DNA of 64,000 bases from contig CAWGYA010000002.1 of assembly GCA_963826715.1 (NCBI GenBank), forward strand, positions 32,001 to 96,000, read 5' to 3'. This DNA is from Candidatus Bathyarchaeota archaeon (GTDB taxonomy: Archaea; Thermoproteota; Bathyarchaeia; Bathyarchaeales; Bathycorpusculaceae). The notes under the pieces were generated by a model that saw only the letters and a list, made by a program, of their open reading frames with translations, did no database searches and was not told where the DNA came from. The position numbers and the translations under genes are program-made. Of the stretch, positions 41,205 to 52,580 are shown in pieces. Position 1 is the stretch's first letter, and each line of letters begins with the position of its first letter.

Positions 41205-43601
41205 TTATTTTTTCTCCTTTTCGGTTTCAGCTACTTTACGTTTAACCTCTATTACACTGTCAGGATTAACTGAAATTGAATCTATTCCTAATCGAACCAG
41301 AAAAGCAGCAAATTCAGGATAATCACTAGGTGCCTGCCCACAGATACCAACTTTACGGCTAGGATGATGAGCATGAGCAGCCTTGATAAGGTCTTGAATA
41401 GAATCTTTCACTGCCTCATTACGTTCGTCGAAAAGATAAGCAAGCTCAGAAGAATCCCTATCAATACCCAGTACAAGCTGAGTTAAATCATTAGAGCCAA
41501 CTGAGAAACCGTCAAAGTGTTCAGCGAATTTGTCCGCTAAAATAATGTTAGAGGGTATCTCTGCCATAACATACACTTCAAACCCGTTCTTTCCTCTTTC
41601 AATGCCATTTCCAGCCATAACCTTAATGACTTTTTCAGCTTCGTCCACAGTTCTGCAAAACGGAATCATCACCACTATATTAGTCAATCCAATTTCTTCC
41701 CTAGCCCGCTTAATCGCTCGGCATTCAAGACCAAAACCTTCCCTATACCTGTCACTGTAGTATCGGCTGGCACCTCTAAACCCTAACATAGGATTGTCTT
41801 CTTTAGGTTCAAAGTATTTTCCGCCTATAAGATTAGCGTACTCATTAGTCTTAAAATCGCTCATCCGTACAATTACCTGATAAGGAAATTGAGCCGCAGC
41901 AATCCGAGCAATCCCCTTAGCCAAATTATCAACAAAATACTCAGTCTTGTCAGTGTAACCTTTTGTAAGCTCATTAATCCTGGAAATTACATCATCATCT
42001 TTTATGATGTCAAACTTTACCAAAGCCATTGGATGAATTTTAATGATGTTGGTGATTATGAACTCCATTCTTGCTAAACCGATACCTTCGCAGGGCAGTC
42101 TCCACCATCTGAAGGCCGCGTCAGGGCTTGCCATATTCATCATTATCTGCGTTTTTGTTTTAGGAATCCCTTCAATATCTACTTTAGATTTTTCAAATTT
42201 AAGAATGCCTTCATAGATGTGCCCTGTTTCGCCCTCTGCACATGACATTGTAATCTCCTTATCCGATTCTAGAACCTTAGTTGCTTTTTCTGTTCCCACG
42301 ATTGCAGGGATCCCTAATTCTCTACTTACAATGGCTGCATGGGAAGTTCGCCCCCCAAAATCAGTTATTATACCTGCAGCATCTTTCATGATGGTAACCC
42401 AATCAGGGTCTGTCATTTCAGTAACCAAGATATCGCCTTTTCTAAATTGATCTATGTTTTTGACATCTAGTATTTTGCATACTTTACCTGCAGCTATTGC
42501 TTCACCAATGCTTATACCAGTTATCAGTTCTTTTCCTTTCTCTTTAAGGGTATAAGACATTAGGAAACTGGATTCTTTCCGGCTTTGGACAGTTTCAGGT
42601 CTTGCCTGTACAATAAACAAGTCGCCGCTTTCTCCATCTTTAGCCCATTCAATGTCCATAGGTCTACTGTAATGTTCCTCAATTCGGCATCCCCAACGCG
42701 CTAATTGGAGTATTTCTTTATCAGTCAAAACAAACGCTTCTCGTTCTTTCTGTGATGTTTCAATGTTTTTTGTGGTATTTCCCAGTTCTTCAGAGTACAC
42801 TAGTTTTTTGCCCTTGCCCCCTACCGCTTTTTCTATTATTGGATTAATTTTTTCGTTGTTGAGCGGGGGTTTGAAGACAACGTAACGGTCAGGATTTATC
42901 GCTCCTTTTACGATGTATTCTCCTAATCCCCATCCAGCGTTAATGATGATTGTTTTTGGAAATCCTGTTTCGGTATCTATGGTAAACATTACTCCGGACC
43001 CAGCTTTGTCAGATCGAACCATTTTCATCACTCCGATAGAAAGCGCTACATCCATGTGTTTGAATCCTTTTTCAGTTCGATATGTTATTGCTCTATCAGT
43101 GAAAAGAGAAGCAAAACATTTTTTGCACGCTTCAAGAAGCTGTTCTTTTCCTTTAATGTTCAAGTATGATTCTTGTTGGCCTGCAAAGCTTGCATCCGGA
43201 AGGTCTTCGGCAGTAGCGCTACTTCTAACAGCAACATCAACATCTTTTTTTCCGTAACGTTCACATAATTTATCGTAGGCTTTTGTGATTGCATCAGCCA
43301 TCTCGTTTGGGAAAGATGCATTAAGAAACAGTTCACGAATGGAGGATCCAACTTTTTCTAGGGGTTTTCCGCCTTTGGCGAGTTCTTGCAGTTGCGATTC
43401 GATTCTGTTTCTTAAATTATTTTTCTCCACAAAATCCCAGTAAAGTTTAGCTGTAGTGGCGAATCCATCTGGAATGCGGATGCCTTCTTTTCTTAATGTA
43501 CGAATCATTTCTCCTAGCGAAGCGTTTTTTCCACCAACTTTTGGGACATCATGTATGGTAGATTCTTCAAACCACATTATGTAAGATTCTTGATTATTCA
43601 T
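41205..43601 (-). CDS. ppsA: Phosphoenolpyruvate synthase (PEP synthase)
   Basis: VGGKNASLGEM, AVRSSATAED, GGRTSHAAI and GICGQAPSD. Confidence 0.95.
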   Translation of the reverse strand: MNNQESYIMWFEESTIHDVPKVGGKNASLGEMIRTLRKEGIRIPDGFATTAKLYWDFVEKNNLRNRIESQLQELAKGGKPLEKVGSSIRELFLNASFPNEMADAITKAYDKLCERYGKKDVDVAVRSSATAEDLPDASFAGQQESYLNIKGKEQLLEACKKCFASLFTDRAITYRTEKGFKHMDVALSIGVMKMVRSDKAGSGVMFTIDTETGFPKTIIINAGWGLGEYIVKGAINPDRYVVFKPPLNNEKINPIIEKAVGGKGKKLVYSEELGNTTKNIETSQKEREAFVLTDKEILQLARWGCRIEEHYSRPMDIEWAKDGESGDLFIVQARPETVQSRKESSFLMSYTLKEKGKELITGISIGEAIAAGKVCKILDVKNIDQFRKGDILVTEMTDPDWVTIMKDAAGIITDFGGRTSHAAIVSRELGIPAIVGTEKATKVLESDKEITMSCAEGETGHIYEGILKFEKSKVDIEGIPKTKTQIMMNMASPDAAFRWWRLPCEGIGLARMEFIITNIIKIHPMALVKFDIIKDDDVISRINELTKGYTDKTEYFVDNLAKGIARIAAAQFPYQVIVRMSDFKTNEYANLIGGKYFEPKEDNPMLGFRGASRYYSDRYREGFGLECRAIKRAREEIGLTNIVVMIPFCRTVDEAEKVIKVMAGNGIERGKNGFEVYVMAEIPSNIILADKFAEHFDGFSVGSNDLTQLVLGIDRDSSELAYLFDERNEAVKDSIQDLIKAAHAHHPSRKVGICGQAPSDYPEFAAFLVRLGIDSISVNPDSVIEVKRKVAETEKEKK

Positions 43602-43837
43602 GTCTACTCCTCCAAAATCCTTTATTTGAAAAAAACAATTGCTTTACGTCGCACAGACAAAAGAACTGACTCCGCAAAAAGGTTAAGTGATTCAACCTTA
43701 AAAATGAATGGGGAATTTTCTGAAATTACGAAGCCAAAGAAGGCGATGCTCGGCTAAACTACATTCTGTGGGTTGCCTGAAGCGAAGGATTCCTGGAGTA
43801 TATATCCTATTTTTCTGAATAAATGTTCGCTCTCACT

Positions 43838-46282
43838 CTATTCACGAAATTTAATTCCAGTATGGTCAAGTAGTTTGTACAAGCGTACTTTTGCAAAGTC
43901 AGTTAAGACAAAGAGAAGCAACGCATAACCCCACACCAGAGCGGCCAGTTCCCAGCCCATTGCGGGGAGCAGAATCCCGTAAACAGTGATTATCGTGGCG
44001 GTAAGTTGAGTAGCTATAACTGCAAATAGTAGCGGTTTTGCGGGTTTAACTGACCAAAAGTGACCCTTAGTCCTCGCAACAAACACAGTCAAATGCCCTG
44101 CAACAGAAAGTTTGAGGTATATAAATGACTGCAGAATAAGGGGGTTTAACTTAAGAACAACCAATCCGATGTAGAAAATTCCGAAAGTTGAGAATACCCC
44201 GATTATTCCAAGAAACGTGGCTATTCCCAGCAGTGTTCTCATGTCCCATTTCTCAGGTTTATCCGAGTACTTCACATTATCATAAGCTATTGTCATGATC
44301 GGCAGGTCATTTAGAAGAGCAAGCAAAACAAGCATCAGGGCAGTAACAGGGTAAAACTGGAAAATGACGATTGCTGAAGTCATGAAAAGCAGAATCCGTA
44401 TCGTTTCTGCGATTCGGTAGGTGCAATAATTCGTCATGCGCTGGAAAATCTTGCGACTCTCTTTTATCGCGTCGATAATAACAGAAAGCCCCGGCTTAGT
44501 CAGAACTATGTCCGCAGCCGATTTTGCAGCGTCAGTGGCGCCCTCGACAGCAATACCCGCATTAGCTTTCTTCAAAGCAGGAGCGTCATTAACTCCATCT
44601 CCAGTCATACCAACAACATGGTCTTTTTCTTGGAGAAGCTCCACAATGCGGTACTTGTGCTCAGGGAAGACCTCGGCAAAACCTTCAGCTTCTTCAACTA
44701 CGCGTTGCGCCTCGCTGTCAGACTTATTCAAAAAAGCCTCAGGCAAAACAATATCGTTTCCAAGGTTTACTTGGCCAGAAATTTCTTTGGCAATAGCTAT
44801 GTGGTCGCCCGTGACCATTTTCACATTGACACCCATCGATTGAGCGGTTTTTATTGTTTGAGCCGAATCTTCCCTGGGTGGATCGAATAAAGCAATTAGA
44901 CCTGCAAATTGCCACTTGTTTTCATTGCTTGTTCGAGCCACACCTAGCGCACGGTACCCTTTCTTGGCAAATTCATTAACATCTTCTGTTAATTTTTTGT
45001 TGATTGATTTCTTGTCGTCGATCAAAGCCAGAATTGCTTGAGGTGCTCCCTTAGTTACTTTAAACTGGCTTTCATTTTCTTGCACTGTGGCCTCAGCTCT
45101 TTTAATGACAGGATCAAACGGCTTGAAACTGGCAACTATGATATGACCAATTCTTTCAGAAATGGCGGGTGTGCTCTTGGTTTTGGTTAAGATTGCTTCG
45201 TCGATAGGGTCTTTATCTTCTTCTCTGGAAGCGAGTGCACTGAAAAGTAGTAAATCATTTTCTGTGAATTTATCATAAGGTTTGGTTCCTCCCAGGGTAA
45301 GCTCGTTTTTGGTTATCGTGCCTGTTTTGTCTGAGCATAGCACATCCATGCTTGCCATTTCTTCGATTGCAACCAATTTGCTAACGATTGCCTCTTTTTT
45401 GGCGAGGGCTATGGCGCCTATGGCCATTGTAACTGAGAGAACCGCGGGAAGCGCTGCAGGTATTCCTGCAACAGTTAAGATCAATGCAAATTGGATGATG
45501 TCTAAGATGTTTTGGCCTCGAAAGATCGAAACTAAAACGATAACTATTACGAGTCCTATCGCCAAGAAAATCAGGTAATCGCCTATTTTGCTGATGGCTT
45601 TTTGAAAGTGGCTTGGAGTTTGGGCTTGTTCTACTAATTTAGCGGTTTTGCCGAAGAAAGTTTTGGCGGCAGTGTTTACTACAAGCGCGTTCATTTCGCC
45701 TTGTTTGACAATTGAGCTTGCGTATCCTATGTCAGAGAGATGTTTTTCAACAGGAAGCGACTCTCCCGTAAGTGCAGATTCGTCGGTTAAAAGATAATCT
45801 CCATCTATCAGTTTTACGTCAGCGGGAATGATATCTCCTAAACGAAGGCGAACAATATCTCCCGGCACCAGTTTTTCAGCCGGCATTCCCTGCCATTTCC
45901 CATCTCGCAGGACACGCGTTTTTAAGGCTAGTCTTTTCTTTAGCAGTTCTATAGCATTACCTGCTTTACGCTCCTGCCACGACCCTACTATGGCATTTAC
46001 CATTAGCAATGTCAAGATTATTGCAAAATCAGGCCATCGTTGGATAAATGCAGACATTATTACTGCGGCTTCAATCATCCATGGTATTGGACCCCAAAAA
46101 TAGTGAAGAAACTTTAGTAGTGGGTTAACTTTTTTCTCCTGAATTTCATTAGGACCGTATTGCACAATTCGTTTTTCTGCTTCGGAGGAAGAAAGACCGT
46201 CTTTGCCCGCCGAAAGGGTGCTTAATAGTTCATCAATATTGGCTTTCTTTGCCTCCTCTGTCGTTAAGAGACCTTCACTCAT
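43838..46282 (-). CDS. Plasma-membrane proton-efflux P-type ATPase (P3A)
   Basis: FWGPIPWMIE, IPAALPAVLSVT, CSDKTGT, FKPFDP and NDLPIMTIAYDN. Confidence 0.92.
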   Translation of the reverse strand: MSEGLLTTEEAKKANIDELLSTLSAGKDGLSSSEAEKRIVQYGPNEIQEKKVNPLLKFLHYFWGPIPWMIEAAVIMSAFIQRWPDFAIILTLLMVNAIVGSWQERKAGNAIELLKKRLALKTRVLRDGKWQGMPAEKLVPGDIVRLRLGDIIPADVKLIDGDYLLTDESALTGESLPVEKHLSDIGYASSIVKQGEMNALVVNTAAKTFFGKTAKLVEQAQTPSHFQKAISKIGDYLIFLAIGLVIVIVLVSIFRGQNILDIIQFALILTVAGIPAALPAVLSVTMAIGAIALAKKEAIVSKLVAIEEMASMDVLCSDKTGTITKNELTLGGTKPYDKFTENDLLLFSALASREEDKDPIDEAILTKTKSTPAISERIGHIIVASFKPFDPVIKRAEATVQENESQFKVTKGAPQAILALIDDKKSINKKLTEDVNEFAKKGYRALGVARTSNENKWQFAGLIALFDPPREDSAQTIKTAQSMGVNVKMVTGDHIAIAKEISGQVNLGNDIVLPEAFLNKSDSEAQRVVEEAEGFAEVFPEHKYRIVELLQEKDHVVGMTGDGVNDAPALKKANAGIAVEGATDAAKSAADIVLTKPGLSVIIDAIKESRKIFQRMTNYCTYRIAETIRILLFMTSAIVIFQFYPVTALMLVLLALLNDLPIMTIAYDNVKYSDKPEKWDMRTLLGIATFLGIIGVFSTFGIFYIGLVVLKLNPLILQSFIYLKLSVAGHLTVFVARTKGHFWSVKPAKPLLFAVIATQLTATIITVYGILLPAMGWELAALVWGYALLLFVLTDFAKVRLYKLLDHTGIKFRE

Positions 46283-47601
46283 AAATTGACACTCTCTATC
46301 AGGTTGGTCATTTCAGCCTTGAGTTCATCAAGTCTTTTTTGCTCTCTTGCCTCTATTGATAAGCGGAGTATAGGTGATGTGTTTGACGCTCTGATAAGAG
46401 CCCACGAATCTGGAAAAACAATTTTGACGCCATCAATTGTGTCTATGTTTTGATATATCTCAATTGCTTTTGTTTTTATCTTTTTGACAACTTGAAACTT
46501 TGTTTCGTCTGAGCATTTTATTTCGATTCTTTCAAAAAGCCTCGATGGTAATTCTTTCACTGCTTCTGACAGTTTCTGCCCCATTTTTGAGACTATTTCT
46601 ATCATGTACATACTGTTTATTATAGCATCGTCAAACCAGAAGAACTTTGGAACACATATGTGACCGGATTCTTCAACGCCAATAACAGCTTTATGTTTCT
46701 TGGTTTCCTGCACCAAAAACGTGTGGCCAACTGGTACTCTAAAAACTTTTTCCCCGTATTTCTTAACTTCATCCTCTATGATGTCTGAGCATTCTATGTT
46801 GGCAACGACAGGACCCCTCTGAGTTTTCATAATTTCCCTGATGAAGAGGATGGCGCTTTGCTCGGTCATGATAACTTTGCCCGTATCGTCAACAAAAATG
46901 GCTCTGTCGCCATCGCCATCAAACGCTATTCCGAGGTTTGCCTTCTCAGCCACAACCTTTTTGCAGAGAGCAGTCAAGGCTTCTGGTTTCGGTTCAGGGT
47001 CTCTATTCGAGAATGTTGGGTCGGGCCAATCAAATAGGAAAGTGGCTTTGATACCGATTTTCTTCAGTATATTAGGCACCAACAGGCACGCGGCACCGTT
47101 TCCGAAATCGACAACCACGCGGATTCGCTCTGGTTTTATTTTTTCAGCCACGAAATTAGCGTATTCTGTATTCATTCCCTCAATCTTCTTCGCTGACCCG
47201 GCGCCTGTTTTAAAATTTTCTGAGGAGCTTATCTCGCCCAGTTCTTTGTTTTCATCTTCGAAGAAGCCGACTCCGTCTTGATGGAAGAATTTGACGCCAT
47301 TCCACTCCGCTGGCAGATGAGACGCGGTTATATATGCGGTTACATCGTTTTTCATTTTCCAGTTGGCAAAGACGCACAAGCTCGCAGGGCAGGTTCCAAT
47401 GAGATTTGCATTTGACCCTGTTTTTTTTAATCCTGAAACGAAGGCCGCCTCAAGTTGGACTCCATGCTCCCTGAAGTCTCTTCCAATCGTAAAAGTGCCA
47501 GGACACAAGGTTCCAGCGGCTTGACCTATTCGGGTCATAATCTCTTCTGTCAAATCTTTACCGTAAATTCCTCTTATGTCGTAAGCTCTAAAGATACCCA
47601 T
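46279..47601 (-). CDS. Phosphomannomutase/phosphoglucomutase
   Basis: FRAYDIRG, TASH, FDGDGDR, EESGH and RASNT. Confidence 0.92.
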   Translation of the reverse strand: MGIFRAYDIRGIYGKDLTEEIMTRIGQAAGTLCPGTFTIGRDFREHGVQLEAAFVSGLKKTGSNANLIGTCPASLCVFANWKMKNDVTAYITASHLPAEWNGVKFFHQDGVGFFEDENKELGEISSSENFKTGAGSAKKIEGMNTEYANFVAEKIKPERIRVVVDFGNGAACLLVPNILKKIGIKATFLFDWPDPTFSNRDPEPKPEALTALCKKVVAEKANLGIAFDGDGDRAIFVDDTGKVIMTEQSAILFIREIMKTQRGPVVANIECSDIIEDEVKKYGEKVFRVPVGHTFLVQETKKHKAVIGVEESGHICVPKFFWFDDAIINSMYMIEIVSKMGQKLSEAVKELPSRLFERIEIKCSDETKFQVVKKIKTKAIEIYQNIDTIDGVKIVFPDSWALIRASNTSPILRLSIEAREQKRLDELKAEMTNLIESVNL

Positions 47602-47607
47602 TTTCTA

Positions 47608-47904
47608 TCACTTCACAGTTTTGGATTCAAAATGTTCATAGACCCAAACGCCGATTTTGACATCTCGCCCAGAAATTTTTATGCTTGAAGTCTCGGGTAA
47701 TAGTTTTATGAATTTTGATGGAGCCCATTCTTCAGGATACTCCATTTGCCAGCCGTCAGGCGTTAATTTCTGTTTAAGATAGCCTTTTTTGCTGACTAAG
47801 GTTAATACAACTAACGGAATTCTCAAATCTGCACTTGACCTAATCACGTCACCCGCCAAAACACCTAATCCCCCGCTATACGATGGCATGGTAGAGTCAT
47901 GCAA
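47608..47904 (-). pseudogene. glgP: N-terminal fragment of alpha-glucan (glycogen) phosphorylase
   Basis: PSYSGGLGVLAGD signature; only ~95 codons remain. Confidence 0.78.
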
Positions 47905-48441
47905 TACTCGCTGTCAAAATAATATTGCTTAGTCAAAAAATTCGCGGCGAACTGAGTTGTGGATGGGTCTAAAGGCATTCCACAAACAGGATCCTTGACA
48001 AGCATATAAACAAAAACCTCACTTAAGAAAGAGTGCTACTTTCAGCAATAATTAGTTTTCGTTCAGTCAAAAATGCGTTTTCGAACGTTTATTATTTGAG
48101 GCAGCCGAGACTCTGATACGTCTTTGGCTGAAGAGCATTCGTATAGTATTTTTAAAACCGTTGAGTATTTAAAAGAAACTATTCTTCACTCCCCGACGAG
48201 TTCAAATCGAAATAAACAACAATTTTCTAAAATTAAAAGTATTTTCATCTAATCTTAACTATGCTTGAAGAAACTTGCACAGAATTAACTTAATTGGTAA
48301 TACTCTCATATCCTATTATTAACTTGCTCAAATGCAAAAACGAAAATTGCCTCAATCTTGACGACACTACAGGTAGGCTAAAAAATTGGTGCACACTTAA
48401 ATGTAATTCAGAGCTAAACTTTTAGAGAATGGTGATTTTAA

Positions 48442-48872
<431 letters not shown>

Positions 48873-49143
48873 CACAATATCTGGGTCCACCTTAGGATTG
48901 GCAGCATCAACCCCTTTGAAACCGAAAACTTTTTTCCATTATTTTCTAAGCATTTGTTGTACTGAGGCGCGTAGAGACTTTTTCAAAATAGTTTAATATT
49001 GCTCTAGGCATGAATTTAATTACTTACAGTTGAATGCTTATGGATGAATTGCTACAGAATAGAGATTTGCATACATGGAAGAAACAACGTTCACGCTTTT
49101 CCTGTTTAGAGACCCATAAATAGGCTTTTGGTGGTTTAGAAAA

Positions 49144-49647
49144 ATGGAGAAAAATGTTAGTTCAAACAAAGGACAACTGGCTTTAGCAGAGGTTGTTGAT
49201 TGCGTTAAGAACCATTTGGAAATCGCAGGATACAATGTTACAACGCTCGCCGATAAATTTGGGATTGGCGTGAACATAAATGCTACAAAAAATAAAGAAA
49301 ATTTCGCAATTGTGGCAGTGGGGAAAAATAAAGAAAGCTCTATTACCATACAATCAAAAGAGATTTTGTTCGCTATTGGTGAAATAGTAAGGAAAATGAA
49401 AAAACTTGACATATGGAGTTTTTATGGAATTGCCATCCCCAAAAGCTATTTCAAACTTTTGACGGACTTTGAGATTTACGGGGTTCAGCGGTTAGATTTT
49501 CATCTTTTCATTGTCGAGAATGTTTGGTCTCTATATCATCTTGATTCAAGAGCAACAATTGAGCTCATTCAAAATCTCAAGGCAGACAAACCTGAACTCC
49601 TAAGAGATTTAGATGTTGATTTCAAGAACTATGATTATGATATTTAA
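49144..49647 (+). CDS. Hypothetical protein, possibly a degenerate PD-(D/E)XK fold
   Basis: 167-aa ORF; pattern GVNINA...AIGEI...YGIAIP without clear acidic catalytic residues. Confidence 0.55.
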   Translation: MEKNVSSNKGQLALAEVVDCVKNHLEIAGYNVTTLADKFGIGVNINATKNKENFAIVAVGKNKESSITIQSKEILFAIGEIVRKMKKLDIWSFYGIAIPKSYFKLLTDFEIYGVQRLDFHLFIVENVWSLYHLDSRATIELIQNLKADKPELLRDLDVDFKNYDYDI

Positions 49648-49708
49648 TTTTGAACTCTAACTAAATATAGACTAAAAGAATAGAATAAAATTTCCGGAGG
49701 AAGTAATA

Positions 49709-50005
49709 TTGTCTGAGCCAGTTTCAACAAAATTGAGACTTCTCGAAGGGGTTATGTTTAAGGTTGAATTTGACGTAGATGGTGTTTCAAACCTTGTTGT
49801 CGATGAAATGAAGCCTATTGGGGACGGTTTGGGACCTAATCCTACGCGGTTATTGTCAGCTGCAGTTGGTCAATGTCTGGGCTCTAGTCTTTTGTACTGT
49901 CTGGGCAAATCCAAAATAAAAGTCAAGAAGTTTGACACATTAGTCAAGGCTGATGTCGAAAGGAATGAAGACGGTTATCTTAGAGTTGCAGGCTTAGATG
50001 TCTAA
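49709..50005 (+). pseudogene. OsmC-like protein, C-terminally truncated
   Basis: DE..P.G.G.GPNP..LL.AAVG.C motif; second conserved Cys region is absent. Confidence 0.7.
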
Positions 50006-50853
50006 TTTTGGGTATCGTCCTCTTTTTTGCAAAAGGCATCCAAGATATGCTCGTATTACCCGTCTTTGGAGTGATATTTTGCTTATTGCCGGAATTCTTT
50101 ACAAGCCCCACAAGAAAAAGACTTAAAAAAAGTACAAGCGACGCACCGTAGAGCCCAAAATAATTCATGTGACAGTTTTTTTACTGGTAAATTGGGGTTA
50201 TGATCCCCCAATACTGTTGAATATCCAGTAACACATTGAAAATAAAACCGGTTGAACTGCGGTTAATTCTTTTCTTTAACGGTATTGAACCCAACTGGTT
50301 TAGAGGCGGGAGTCTACTAACATTGGTCCAAATTTATGAAAATAGCATTATTAAATGGGTTTGAGCATAGGGACTCATACCGTTACAAGGGATAAGTCCG
50401 GTTCGGCCCACCACAAAAATTCTAAAATACCATAGCCTTTAAGGATTAACTATTTTCGTCTTCACAAATAATTCAAAAAAAAGAAAAAGAAGAAGGGGTG
50501 GTGCACCATCATCTTTCTTCTATTGGAAGAAAAATCTTGTTGTGCAATATTTTTTATTCGGCAGATTAATTTTTACTAAGGGGAAAAAGCGGCAATAAAA
50601 TGAAAAGGACAAATAAACTGTCCAGAATAAGTAAACAGATTTGAGGAAAGGAGCTTTCACTGGCGCTTGTCCACACCACCACCTTTTTGTCAAATTTGGG
50701 GCTCCCAAGATATATGGGAAACATGAAAGGGGCTTTACGCGTGCATAGCAAGCGACACTTAGTGAAAGCCATAATATGTTTTGGCGTAATTACTTTTGTA
50801 TTTTACGGATGAAAAAGATGAATTGTTAATAAACAAAAAAACCCGTGCGGGTT

Positions 50854-51120
50854 TTATTTTTTTCGAGATTCGATGATTCCGCGACATTTATCTGCGAATT
50901 GACAATATTGAAGACATGCAGCGTTGCTATCGGGACGTTTCCATTCCGCTCCACAGCTTTGGCAAGTAGTTTTATCTTCGTCAGTCCAAATTTCCATTTC
51001 TCCTCCGCAAACATGACAGTTTATGTAGGCAGGTTTTGGCTGCAGTAAATCACGCAGACCTGGACATGTTTCTGGGTTTTTGGCTATAGGTTTATCAGAG
51101 CTCAACAATGTCACCTCCAA
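50854..51120 (-). CDS. Small Cys-rich zinc/Fe-S-binding protein
   Basis: CPG, CHVC, CQSC and C..YC..A..C. Confidence 0.7.
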   Translation of the reverse strand: MEVTLLSSDKPIAKNPETCPGLRDLLQPKPAYINCHVCGGEMEIWTDEDKTTCQSCGAEWKRPDSNAACLQYCQFADKCRGIIESRKK

Positions 51121-51733
51121 CTTTTACTTCCAACTCTTTAACAGGAATATTTTTGCCTGAGGCTTCCAACGCCTTGGTCACTGCCCATTTAAGCCCTGTA
51201 CAACAAGGGACTTCCATATGCATAACTGTAACTGATGATATGTTATTGTTCTGGAATATTTCAGATAACTTCTGTGCATATTCACGGGCATCATTGAATT
51301 TTGGACAGCCGATGATCACGTATTTTGATTTCATATATTCTTGAAAGGTTTTCAGAGCCACGGGTGCGCAGTCGGCAGCAAGGAGAATATGTGCATTCTC
51401 GTAAAATGGCGCCTTAGGCGGTACGAGGTTTATTTTGACAGGCCATTGGGGTTTTTTCCCTACCTCGTTGGTTGGTTTAGACGTTTGTGAGGTCTTTGCT
51501 TTCTGGAATTCGTGCACCTCTGCCTCGTTAAAGGCTTCAGCTTCGCGTTCGGTAATGGTTATAGCGCCCTTTGGGCACTGTCCAAGACAAGCACCTAATC
51601 CATCACAATACGTTTCCTTGATAATTCGCGCTTTTCCATCTACAATTTGCAAGGCGCCTTCGACACATTTGGGTATGCATTCACCGCAACCGTTGCATAG
51701 TGATTCATCAATATTTACGATTTTTCTTTTCAT
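51095..51733 (-). CDS. 4Fe-4S dicluster ferredoxin-domain protein
   Basis: CNGCGECIPKC and CDGLGACLGQCP, plus QWPVK, ADC, GCPK and MEVPCC; likely start ATG 51733. Confidence 0.85.
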   Translation of the reverse strand: MKRKIVNIDESLCNGCGECIPKCVEGALQIVDGKARIIKETYCDGLGACLGQCPKGAITITEREAEAFNEAEVHEFQKAKTSQTSKPTNEVGKKPQWPVKINLVPPKAPFYENAHILLAADCAPVALKTFQEYMKSKYVIIGCPKFNDAREYAQKLSEIFQNNNISSVTVMHMEVPCCTGLKWAVTKALEASGKNIPVKELEVKVGGDIVEL

Positions 51734-52062
51734 GGTTTTTCCTCCCGTAGGCATTTTCCGCCCGAGGGACAATATTTTTGGGCATGGTTTTCTATGGCGG
51801 CGAAGATGGGTTTGATTGTTTCTCGGTTGACACTCAGAATGTGTTGTTTACCCTGATGATTGATTGTTATTATGTTGCAGCGCAGTAAGGGTTTTAGGTT
51901 GTGTGAGATCATGCTTTGTTCTTGCCCTAAAGCTGTGGCAAGTTCGGTGACGCTCATAGGTTTTGTCATGAGTTGCTCAATGGCGGCTAGGCGAGTAGGG
52001 TTGGATAAGTTGGTAAAGAATTGGTGACAGATCGTTGTTAGGCTTTTTTTCGTTTCCCACAT
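51730..52062 (-). CDS. ArsR family regulator
   Basis: LSNPTRLA...MSVTELA...EQSMISHNL; palindromic ATGAATTATATTTCAT / TTCATATGAA just upstream (52076-52096). Confidence 0.88.
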   Translation of the reverse strand: MWETKKSLTTICHQFFTNLSNPTRLAAIEQLMTKPMSVTELATALGQEQSMISHNLKPLLRCNIITINHQGKQHILSVNRETIKPIFAAIENHAQKYCPSGGKCLREEKP

Positions 52063-52580
52063 CTCCAGACCTTAAATGAATTATATTTCATATGAATAAA
52101 ACGTCATATAAATTTGTCGGTGGAAAACAATCAAATTACAGAGTGTACCGATCAAAATTCATACCTGAACCTGTATCAGGTGTCACAAAAAAGAAAATAA
52201 ACCCGCAATCACAGCACTTAATTTCCTGGTTTCTCTGACGCTCAACTTTTAGCGAACCACATTTTGGGCAACGCATCAACAAATCATCCACAAATTACCT
52301 TATTCGTCCATTCTTAAATATTACTCTGCCCCAAATCTAAAGGGCAACGTATTTGAGCAGCCACATATTAAATGTTTGCGAAGGATGTAAATTTGTCAAA
52401 GAAAGCTAAGAAAACAGAAGGTTTAGAAAAACATAAGCAACTCCTAAGAGAGAAAGAACAAAAACGAAAAGAAAGAAAGCAGGTCTCTCTGCCAGCAAAG
52501 CATGCTGCCAAGGGCAAAAAATAGCTCTTATCTACACCCGAATATTTTATCCATTTTTTACGTTTTGCATCTCGAGTTAT

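Noticed and set aside
41530-47688. Many 60-150-aa antisense ORFs within ppsA, the ATPase and the mutase (and other long genes)
   Set aside because: Shadow ORFs on the opposite strand of well-supported genes.
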